Assembly (NCBI GenBank): GCA_902778055.1
Contig: CACYWL010000018.1
Span: forward strand, 1,668-65,667
DNA length: 64,000 nt
Source of the DNA: an uncultured Eubacteriales bacterium
GTDB lineage: Bacteria; Bacillota; Clostridia; Christensenellales; Aristaeellaceae
Direction: 5' to 3'
Part shown: piece by piece, positions 11,218-18,446 of the stretch
Numbering within the stretch: the stretch's first letter is position 1
Layout: the number at the start of each line of letters is the position of its first letter
The notes under the pieces: generated by a model
Seen by the model: only the letters and a program-made list of their open reading frames with translations
The model's database searches: none
What the model was told of the DNA's origin: nothing
Program-made: the position numbers and the translations under genes

Positions 11218-11246
11218 TTGACCGGAAGCGGGCCGGGCGATATAAT
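11218..11246 (+). promoter_or_regulatory. near-consensus sigma-70 promoter of the deaminase-like gene
   Basis: TTGACC, a 17-nt spacer, then TATAAT, lying 31 nt upstream of the ATG at 11277. The SD is GGGGAGGTGG. Confidence 0.6.
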
Positions 11247-11276
11247 CATTCCGAAGCGCGCCGGGGAGGTGGAAGC

Positions 11277-13757
11277 ATGGTTCCCTTTGGGCTTTTTTAT
11301 CTGGATAAGGAAAAGGACATACAGGTGGAGCTGTTCCTGGAAAAGGAGGAGATCAGCTATGTTCTGCGCACGCCGAACCACGGCACGGGCAATCTGATCA
11401 CCAACCTGGCCCTTCTCTGCCGTCTTCCGCTGGACACGGATCCGGACGGCCTGAAGGTGATCCGGGGGAAGCTGCCCTGCTATATTGACGGCCAGAACCG
11501 GGTGCTCTACGTATTCCGGCTTCTGGACACCAAGATTGCGAACATCTATCCGGACGGGCGGATCGAGCGGAAGGCCTCCATTCCCGCCATCGCCAAAACG
11601 CTCATGAGCCAGACGAAGGACTATCGGCTGAGCTTCCGGCAGACCGTCGTGAAAACCTATATCTTCCGGGAATGCAAGTTCCGGACGGATCTTCACACCC
11701 ATATGAACGCAAATCTGGATCCGGATCTGCTGATCGCGCTGGGCATCCATCATCAGATCCGTTATCCCCTGTATTATATCCGGAAGCTGGGTCTCCGCTG
11801 CTCTCCCGCGCAGGAGCAGCTGCTGGCGCGGCGCCGTTCCGCCGTGGCGGAGGCCTTCCGGGATTCCCCGCTGAAGGGAAAATATCTGGACCGGAAAATC
11901 AACGACTCCGTTTTTCTGAATTTTGCCTCCCTGATTCTGGAAAACCCGGAGAACGCCTCCTGGAATCTGCCGCGGATCCGCGCCTCCCTGGCCGTCATGA
12001 AGGACGGGCAGGCCGTCTTTACCAATCTGGAAAAGGTCTATCTGTACCGCTACGTCTTCTGCAAGGGGGTGCCGAGCGAGGATCCGATCGCCCTCTCGGG
12101 GGCGGAAAGCATTCCGGATGAGGATATCGTCACGGCGCTGCGCCGGATGGCGGAGGATCGAAAGCATCCGGTTTTCGGAAGCAACACGCTGCTGGAGGAC
12201 AAGCTGCTCTGGATCGCGCGGAGCTATGCGGCCCGGGGAATTGACTACGCCGAGATCTCCGATACCGCTCTGGTCCGGCCGGAGGCCGCGCCGGAGCTGC
12301 TGGCCCAGGCCCACCGGGTTCTGCCCGCCGTTCGGGCTGAAACCGGCGTCACCCTGCGGTTCCTGGCCGCTCTCCGCCGTACGCCGCTGACCATTCTGAA
12401 GGACAAAATCGATCCGGAGAACACCGTGCGCGAAAATCTCCGGACCCTGAGGGCGGTTTCCGGGGATCCCTATGTCGCGGGCAGCGATATCGTGGGAGAG
12501 GAAATGAACGATATCCGCGATCTGGCCCCCCTGCTCCGGGAGCTGGCCCGGATCGCGGAGGAGGATCCGTCCTTTACCGTCCGGGTGCACGCGGGGGAGA
12601 ACGACAGCCTGCCGGACAATGTCGCCAACGCGGTCCGGTGCGTGCGGGAGGGGCTCCGTCCCGGGCAGCCCATGCCCAGGATGCGCATCGGCCACGGCCT
12701 GTATACCACCAGCCTGTCCTCCGCCAAGGGGCGGGAGCTGCTGCGGGTCCTGCGGGAAAGCGGCACGGTGCTGGAGTTCCAGATTACCTCCAACGTGCGT
12801 CTGAACAATCTCAGCTCCCTGCGGGCTCATCCCCTCCGTCAGTATCTGGCCGCCGGCGTTTCCTGCGTCCAGGGTACGGACGGGGGCGCCCTGTACGGGA
12901 CGGACTCCATCGATGAGCAGCTCGCCCTGGAAAAGATGCTGAATCTGACCCATGAGGAGCTGCTGGCCATGCGGCGCGCCGAGGACCGGGTCCGGGAGGA
13001 CGGGCTCCGCGCTCAGCGGGAGAAGGAGGCGGCCTTCGCAGCCAGTGCCGGCGGGATTTCCGTCGCGGATTATTACAGGAAGCGGATCCTCGCGGAAGCA
13101 AAATCCACGGAGATTCTGATGGAAATGCCCGCCCTGCAGGACAGCTCCCTGCTCTTCGGCTCCCGGATCCGGGAGCTGCCCACGGACCGGGTGCCCGTGA
13201 TTCTGATCGGGGGGTCCTTCAACAACGACCGGCATCTGACCCGCCGGAGGGCCGGAATCTGTGATCTGCTGGATCAGGTCCTCGACCTGTGCGATCCGTC
13301 CAGGATGTTTTTCGTCCTCGGCCACAGTCTTTCCGGCTATGAGCAGTACCTGGCCGAAAAGGCCCGCGGCCGTTTTGACCTTTTCGCCTTTGTCCCCTCC
13401 CGGATGGAAGCGCGGGAAGCGGGCAGGCTGAAGGCTTCCGGAGCGGGCATCCGGGTCTCCATCGAGCCCAGTCCCATGGGGGTCTACAAGAGCTTTTCCT
13501 ACGAGATATTCAAAAGACGCCCGTCCGTGCTGATCGCACTGGACGGGAATTCCTCCGCCGCCAATATGATCCAGGAAGCCCGGAACGGCAAGCGGAAATG
13601 TCATATTTTTGTCTGTGAAAAGGCCCGCGTCCTGCGGGAAAAAGCCCTGGGCCTGCAGGGATACGCTGTCCTGTTCGGGGAGGGGAGCGACCTGGCGGAG
13701 CAGGTCCGGCAGGCGGTGGACATCTGCTATCCCCAGCGGTGGCTCAGAACAGAATAA
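11277..13757 (+). CDS. large adenosine/AMP-deaminase-like (amidohydrolase-fold) protein with an N-terminal unknown domain and a C-terminal LOG/SLOG-like Rossmann domain
   Basis: Track ORF 11154..13757 trimmed to Met42 (MVPFGLFYLDKEK) on SD and promoter grounds, giving 826 aa. Deaminase metal and catalytic motifs appear in canonical order: DLHTH (138-142), VHAGE (437-441), IGHG (471-474), ITSN (503-506) and GTDGG (533-537). C-terminal residues about 636-815 carry VILIGGS, LGHSLSGYE and ALDGNSSAANMIQEA, resembling the LOG/SLOG glycine-rich and PGGxGTxxE-type motifs. Confidence 0.7.
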   Translation: MVPFGLFYLDKEKDIQVELFLEKEEISYVLRTPNHGTGNLITNLALLCRLPLDTDPDGLKVIRGKLPCYIDGQNRVLYVFRLLDTKIANIYPDGRIERKASIPAIAKTLMSQTKDYRLSFRQTVVKTYIFRECKFRTDLHTHMNANLDPDLLIALGIHHQIRYPLYYIRKLGLRCSPAQEQLLARRRSAVAEAFRDSPLKGKYLDRKINDSVFLNFASLILENPENASWNLPRIRASLAVMKDGQAVFTNLEKVYLYRYVFCKGVPSEDPIALSGAESIPDEDIVTALRRMAEDRKHPVFGSNTLLEDKLLWIARSYAARGIDYAEISDTALVRPEAAPELLAQAHRVLPAVRAETGVTLRFLAALRRTPLTILKDKIDPENTVRENLRTLRAVSGDPYVAGSDIVGEEMNDIRDLAPLLRELARIAEEDPSFTVRVHAGENDSLPDNVANAVRCVREGLRPGQPMPRMRIGHGLYTTSLSSAKGRELLRVLRESGTVLEFQITSNVRLNNLSSLRAHPLRQYLAAGVSCVQGTDGGALYGTDSIDEQLALEKMLNLTHEELLAMRRAEDRVREDGLRAQREKEAAFAASAGGISVADYYRKRILAEAKSTEILMEMPALQDSSLLFGSRIRELPTDRVPVILIGGSFNNDRHLTRRRAGICDLLDQVLDLCDPSRMFFVLGHSLSGYEQYLAEKARGRFDLFAFVPSRMEAREAGRLKASGAGIRVSIEPSPMGVYKSFSYEIFKRRPSVLIALDGNSSAANMIQEARNGKRKCHIFVCEKARVLREKALGLQGYAVLFGEGSDLAEQVRQAVDICYPQRWLRTE

Positions 13758-13844
13758 GCCCCCGGGCTCCCGGCCCGGCGGCTTTTCCGTTCCGCCTTTC
13801 GGCGCCTATGGGATCCGTCCGCGGAAGGCGGCCGGTTTTTCCTT

Positions 13845-14297
13845 TTATTCCTGCTCCAGCAGGCCGTGAAGCAGCTCGTAAAGCCGGGCCGCGTCCTCCG
13901 GAGAAATCCGGACGCATTCTCCCAGCTGTTTCGGGATCTCCTTCACCTGATCGCGAAGGTTCCATCCCTTCTCTGTCAGGCAGATCTTCACCACCCGCTC
14001 ATCCTCCGGATGGCGGTGCCGGGTCAGATAGCCCTCCTGCTCCAGCCTCTTGATCATCGGCGTGATCGTACCGTTGTCCAGGTACAGGCGCCTGCAGAGA
14101 TCTCCCACCGCGGTTTCTCCGTACTCCCAGAGGCAGAGAAAAACGATGTACTGGGTATAGGTCAGCCCCAGCGGCTTCAGATAGGGCGTATAGGAATTCA
14201 CGATCCGCCTCGCCGCCGCGTACAGCGGAAAGCACAGCTGGTTCTCCAGCATCAGCTGCGGATAGGTCTCCAGGGTGGTCACGGGTTCCCCGTTCAT
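13845..14297 (-). CDS. ohrR: MarR-family organic-hydroperoxide-sensing repressor (OhrR-like)
   Basis: Track ORF 13845..14327 trimmed to MNGEP (GGGGAGAAG SD). LENQLCFPLYAAARR (sensing Cys) and LYLDNGTITPMIKRLEQEGYL closely parallel Bacillus OhrR (LENQLCFLLYA, LYLDSGTLTPMLKRMEQQGL). Confidence 0.75.
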   Translation of the reverse strand: MNGEPVTTLETYPQLMLENQLCFPLYAAARRIVNSYTPYLKPLGLTYTQYIVFLCLWEYGETAVGDLCRRLYLDNGTITPMIKRLEQEGYLTRHRHPEDERVVKICLTEKGWNLRDQVKEIPKQLGECVRISPEDAARLYELLHGLLEQE

Positions 14298-14411
14298 CTT
14301 CTTCTCCCCTTCATGCGGAACCCGCACCCCGTCCCGGGGTGCGGGAAAACACTTCCGTCGGACGGCCGTCCCCGGAGGAAACGCTCCCTTCCGTTCCGGC
14401 CCTTCCGTGTT

Positions 14412-14726
14412 TTACAGATTGCTCCTGATCCAGCCGGTCACAGCCGCCTGGGGCTTGAAACCGATGGACTGGCTCACGAATTCGCCCTTCTTCATCATCA
14501 CCAGGCAGGGCACGCTCTGCACGCGGTACTCCGCCGCCAGCTCCGGGCATTCATCCACATCCACGCTGTAGAAGCTGACCTGGCCCTCCAGCTCCCCGCT
14601 GACCGCCTCCAGCACCGGCGCCAGCATCCTGCAGGGCCCGCACCAGGTGGCGTTGAAATCGACCACGGCCGCGTCCGCTGCCTTTGCATCCTTCAGGAAT
14701 TCCTCCGCATTTACCTTTCTGACCAT
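14412..14726 (-). CDS. trxA: thioredoxin
   Basis: 104 aa with the WCGPC active site. Confidence 0.9.
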   Translation of the reverse strand: MVRKVNAEEFLKDAKAADAAVVDFNATWCGPCRMLAPVLEAVSGELEGQVSFYSVDVDECPELAAEYRVQSVPCLVMMKKGEFVSQSIGFKPQAAVTGWIRSNL

Positions 14727-14796
14727 GTTCTTTTCCTCCGTTCTTTCTGTTTCCCGGCAGGCCCGGGGTTATCCCCGCTCCCGTTCCGGCGTTGTT

Positions 14797-15654
14797 TTAT
14801 CTGGCGGCGCTCAGGTAGCTGACCGCGCTCAGAGCCGCAATATTGCCCTCCCCCGCCGCCTTGATGTACTGATAGGGGGGGCCGACGATATCCCCGCAGG
14901 CGAAAAGGCCGGGCAGACTGCTCTCCATGCTGCGGTTCACCCTGACATGAGGGCCTTCCGTTTCCAGCCCCGGCACCAGCTGGCCGGGGGCCACCGCGTC
15001 GCGCAGGACGAAGACCGCGTGCACGGGATACTCTCCCGCGCCGGTCCTCAGAAGCATTCCGTCCTCCGTTCTCTCCAGTGCGGCGACCTTCTCCGGAATC
15101 ACCTTCACGTTCTCCGGCAGGCTTCCGGTTTCCCCGTACGTCGGGAAATACAGCACCTCCGGGCAGATCTCGCTCAGGAAGGCAGCTTCCGCCTCCTCCT
15201 TCGCGCTGAAGCCCACAACGGCTACTTTCTTCCCCCGGACCAGCGCTGCGTCGCAGGTCGCGCAGTAGCTGACCCCGTGGCCCAGGGCTTCCTCTTCTCC
15301 GGGCAGCGATTTGCCCTGCACGACACCGGTCGCGAGGATGACGCAGGTGGCTTCGATCATTTTCTCCCCGGCCTGCAGCGCGTAATAATCCCCCATGGCA
15401 TAAACCGCGCTGACCCGTTCCTCCGTAATCCCGATGCCCAGCTGATCCAGATGCCGCTGAAAAGCCAGCGCAAGGTCCTCCCCCTTGACCGCGGGAAAGC
15501 CCAGATAATTCTGGATCTCATGGGCTTTGATCAGCTTCCTGCTCAGTTCCTTCGAGCCCAGCAGAATCACCCGCTTGTTCCGGATCGTGGCGGTGATGGC
15601 CGCCTCCAGTCCGGCCGGGCCGGTTCCGATAATGGCGATATCATAGCGTTCCAT
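14797..15654 (-). CDS. trxB: thioredoxin-reductase homolog lacking NAD(P)H-binding motifs (ferredoxin-dependent FFTR-like)
   Basis: 285 aa. It has the FAD fold IIGTGPAGLEAA and the redox-active CATCD. The positions of GGGxxA and HRRxxxR are occupied by VVGFSAKEEAEAAFL and YFPTYGETG. Confidence 0.8.
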   Translation of the reverse strand: MERYDIAIIGTGPAGLEAAITATIRNKRVILLGSKELSRKLIKAHEIQNYLGFPAVKGEDLALAFQRHLDQLGIGITEERVSAVYAMGDYYALQAGEKMIEATCVILATGVVQGKSLPGEEEALGHGVSYCATCDAALVRGKKVAVVGFSAKEEAEAAFLSEICPEVLYFPTYGETGSLPENVKVIPEKVAALERTEDGMLLRTGAGEYPVHAVFVLRDAVAPGQLVPGLETEGPHVRVNRSMESSLPGLFACGDIVGPPYQYIKAAGEGNIAALSAVSYLSAAR

Positions 15655-15706
15655 GATCCGGTCTCCTTTTTTCCAACGGTGGCGCGATTTCAGCGCGGTC
15701 CTTTTC

Positions 15707-16249
15707 TTACAGCAGGCTCTCCACGCAGGCCCGGACGTCCTTCATGTCGGCGGTGGGCTCAAACCGGGCCACCACCTCGCCCTGCCGGTTCACCACAAAC
15801 TTGGTGAAGTTCCATTTGATGTCCGGATTGCTCTTGTAGTTCTTGTCAATCTTCTTCAGCATGATGCCCATCGCCAGCGCGGCCGGACCGTGGCCGAAGC
15901 CTTCAAAGCCCTTCTGGCTCTTCAGATAGGCAAACAGCGGCAGCTGGTTCTCCCCGTTGACATCGCTTTTCTTCATCTGCGGGAACTGGGTGTTGTACTT
16001 CAGCGTGCAGAATTCGTGGATTTCCTCGTCCGTTCCGGGGGTCTGGCCCGCGAACTGGTTGCAGGGCACGTCGATGATCTCCAGCCCCTTCTCATGATCC
16101 GCCTCGTACATGGCTTCCAGCTCCTTGTAATGCGGAGTAAAGCCGCAGCCGGTCGCGGTATTGACAATCAGAAGCACCTTGCCCTCATAGTTCTTCAGGG
16201 AAATCTCCTCCCCGGCGGGAGTGGTCACGCTGTAATCATAAACGCTCAT
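15707..16249 (-). CDS. gpx: glutathione-peroxidase-family thiol peroxidase (Cys type)
   Basis: 180 aa with VNTATGCGFT (peroxidatic Cys, not Sec), PCNQFAGQ and WNFTKF. Confidence 0.9.
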   Translation of the reverse strand: MSVYDYSVTTPAGEEISLKNYEGKVLLIVNTATGCGFTPHYKELEAMYEADHEKGLEIIDVPCNQFAGQTPGTDEEIHEFCTLKYNTQFPQMKKSDVNGENQLPLFAYLKSQKGFEGFGHGPAALAMGIMLKKIDKNYKSNPDIKWNFTKFVVNRQGEVVARFEPTADMKDVRACVESLL

Positions 16250-16286
16250 TCTGTCTGCTCCTTCCGATCCGGTTTTTTCTTCGAAA

Positions 16287-16302
16287 ACCTTTGATCAAAT
16301 AT
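16287..16302. promoter_or_regulatory. operator copy 1 (ACCTTTGATCAAATAT), abutting the -10 and covering the predicted +1 of the gpx operon promoter
   Basis: Exact 16-nt repeat containing the 10-bp palindrome TTTGATCAAA. An identical copy lies 47 bp away. Confidence 0.55.
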
Positions 16303-16332
16303 ATTCTATCACGATCTCTTTTCCCGTGTCAA
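16303..16332 (-). promoter_or_regulatory. sigma-70 promoter of the gpx-trxB-trxA-ohrR operon
   Basis: The minus strand reads TTGACA, an 18-nt spacer, then TAGAAT (preceded by TGa). It lies about 50 nt upstream of the gpx ATG, which has a GGAAGGAG SD. Confidence 0.6.
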
Positions 16333-16333
16333 T

Positions 16334-16349
16334 ACCTTTGATCAAATAT
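16334..16349. promoter_or_regulatory. operator copy 2 (ACCTTTGATCAAATAT), 1 bp upstream of the -35
   Basis: Identical to copy 1. Together the two copies bracket the promoter hexamers. Confidence 0.55.
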
Positions 16350-16377
16350 TTTAAAGCCGTTTCTCTGGCCGGAAGGC

Positions 16378-17085
16378 TCAGAACCCACCGCGCATAATCG
16401 CCAGAATCAGCTGACTTCCGTTAAACAGGGGAGCCAGCGTGCTTTCCGCCGTCATCTGCGCAATGCCGTCGAGCGGAACCACGGTCTGGATCAGCGGCAT
16501 CAGCGCAAAGGCAATAAACACCAGCAGCGCGCCGCGCAGCAGTCCGAAAACCCCGCCGGCCAGCGAATTCAGCTGCTTGAGGACCGGAAAGCTGAAGATG
16601 GCCTTCAGGAATCCCAGCACCAGATGGAGCAGCAGAAAGCAGACCAGAAAGCAGAGGATGAAGCAGATCACGTTCAGCACAGCGCCCACAATCGTCTGCG
16701 TCACATAGTCCCCTACCTGGCTGAGGCCGGCCGACTGGAACACCTGGTTCTGCAGGTTGTTCTGCAGCAGCGAGTTCAGGGGCTCGGGAAGATTCACCTT
16801 GGACAGAATCTCCGCGATTCCGCTGCTCCCAAGATTTGCCACGCCGGTCTGCGCCAGCGTCTGATCGCCGATGCGCGTTCCGGCATCCGTATAGGACATC
16901 AGAGTCCGGATGATTTCAGGATTGCTCCGTACCCATTCCACGATTCTGGGATTCAGCCAGAAGCTGAGGCCCAGGGAAAGCAGGCAGCTTCCGAGGCTGG
17001 CCACGGAGGCCACAAAGCCCCGGTACAGCCCGACCAGTACGCTGATGCCCAGGATCCCCAGAATGATCATGTCAATCGTGTTCAA
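16378..17085 (-). CDS. cvpA: CvpA (colicin V production) family membrane protein
   Basis: MNTIDMIILGILGISVLVGLYRGFV is the typical CvpA N-terminus. It has multiple TM helices. Confidence 0.8.
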   Translation of the reverse strand: MNTIDMIILGILGISVLVGLYRGFVASVASLGSCLLSLGLSFWLNPRIVEWVRSNPEIIRTLMSYTDAGTRIGDQTLAQTGVANLGSSGIAEILSKVNLPEPLNSLLQNNLQNQVFQSAGLSQVGDYVTQTIVGAVLNVICFILCFLVCFLLLHLVLGFLKAIFSFPVLKQLNSLAGGVFGLLRGALLVFIAFALMPLIQTVVPLDGIAQMTAESTLAPLFNGSQLILAIMRGGF

Positions 17086-17098
17086 TATCGTCCTCCTG

Positions 17099-18403
17099 CT
17101 ATTTCAGCGGTTTCGGGCAGTCCTGACGCGCCTCGCTCAGGATGGGATCGTGATCCCCTCCGAAGGCATATTTCGCGTTGATCGCCTCAATTTCCGCCCT
17201 GCGAAGCGCCGGTGCGCAGTGCTCGCAGCGTTTCAGCCGGGAAAATGGCTTTTCCTCCAGCCGGCCGTAGGCAAAGCTCTTCAGCTTCAGCCCGGCCCGG
17301 GTGCTCAGGCAGGTCTCCTTGGCGTGATAGTATTCCCCCCGGCCGGGATTGTAGTACAGCAGAGTCTCGTCGGAGGGAATGTCTATCTGTCTTCCCTGCC
17401 AGTCCTCCCAGATCATCAGGCGAGTCTGGGAATTGTTCTTCAGGCGGTTCCAGATCCATCCCATGTTTACGCCCTCCGGCGTCTCCCTCCGCTGGACCCG
17501 GATGCAGCCGTGGCTCGCTTTGGCCCCCAGTTTGCTTTCACAGACCCTGTAGTTGGTGGTCCCGTCCTCGTATTCCACCCTCGGCACCTCATGAAGCAGA
17601 TCCCCCCGGTCGAACCGGATTGCCATGCCGCACAGCAGATTGTCCGAACGGAAGGTGCCCACCTTGCTTGTCAGCAGAAACTCTCCGCTGCGGGTTTCGT
17701 TGTAAGGCTGCTTCGCGTTGCTCAGGCCGGTGGAGACCATCAGGGTGGAATACAGACGGCCCTCCTGAAAGACGTACAGCCTCTGGGTCAGCTTGTCAAT
17801 CACCAGTCCCAGGGTCTGATTCGGAACGATTTCCCGCAGGTATTCCGTGGGGACATATCCCTGCACCAGGGCGTTCCAGTTCAGGATGGGGGAATCATGG
17901 AAGGAAGCGGAATAGCACTCCACCAGGCTCCATTCTTTTCCCCTCTCCAGGACATGCACCCCCTGGGTTGAGCAGGTGATGCTTCCCAGTCCCCTGCTCT
18001 CCGGATCCGGCTTTTCCCGAAGAACGATCTGCGCCCGCTCTCCCTTGCCGTTGTCCACCACGGTCATCGGGGCGGTCAGGGCCTGCCAGACGGCTTTCTC
18101 GTCCTCAATCCGCATCGCCAGCGTCCAGTAGTTCAGCGTCGGATCCCGTCCGTCATAGGGACTGCCCGTCGTCGGAGTGAACGTCAGCTTCAGCGGTTCC
18201 GCCTGCTCCGCCGTCCGGATCTTCACGGGCACCGATTCCTCCGGCGGTTCCGCGGGTTCCGGAGAAGGGCTTTCCGCCGTTTCCTCCGCCGGCCCGTCCG
18301 CCGGAGCTTCCCCGGATCCGAAGCCTTCCGGAACGGGGCTTTCCGCCGGAGCGGTCAGGGGAAGCATGCACAGGACCAGCAGAAGGAGAATCCATTTTTT
18401 CAT
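17099..18403 (-). CDS. secreted L,D-transpeptidase (YkuD) family protein
   Basis: It has a signal peptide (MKKWILLLLVLCMLPLTAPA) and a P/E-rich linker. The catalytic signature is ASHGCIRV. Confidence 0.8.
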   Translation of the reverse strand: MKKWILLLLVLCMLPLTAPAESPVPEGFGSGEAPADGPAEETAESPSPEPAEPPEESVPVKIRTAEQAEPLKLTFTPTTGSPYDGRDPTLNYWTLAMRIEDEKAVWQALTAPMTVVDNGKGERAQIVLREKPDPESRGLGSITCSTQGVHVLERGKEWSLVECYSASFHDSPILNWNALVQGYVPTEYLREIVPNQTLGLVIDKLTQRLYVFQEGRLYSTLMVSTGLSNAKQPYNETRSGEFLLTSKVGTFRSDNLLCGMAIRFDRGDLLHEVPRVEYEDGTTNYRVCESKLGAKASHGCIRVQRRETPEGVNMGWIWNRLKNNSQTRLMIWEDWQGRQIDIPSDETLLYYNPGRGEYYHAKETCLSTRAGLKLKSFAYGRLEEKPFSRLKRCEHCAPALRRAEIEAINAKYAFGGDHDPILSEARQDCPKPLK

Positions 18404-18446
18404 GCCGTCTCCCGTTCCTTTCTTTTTTCCTGTTCTCTGATCCGGA

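Noticed and set aside
15707-16249. Possible selenocysteine recoding in the Gpx gene or in the redox operon.
   Set aside because: The peroxidatic residue is encoded as Cys (GCGFT) within an uninterrupted ORF. There is no in-frame TGA and no SECIS-like hairpin requirement.
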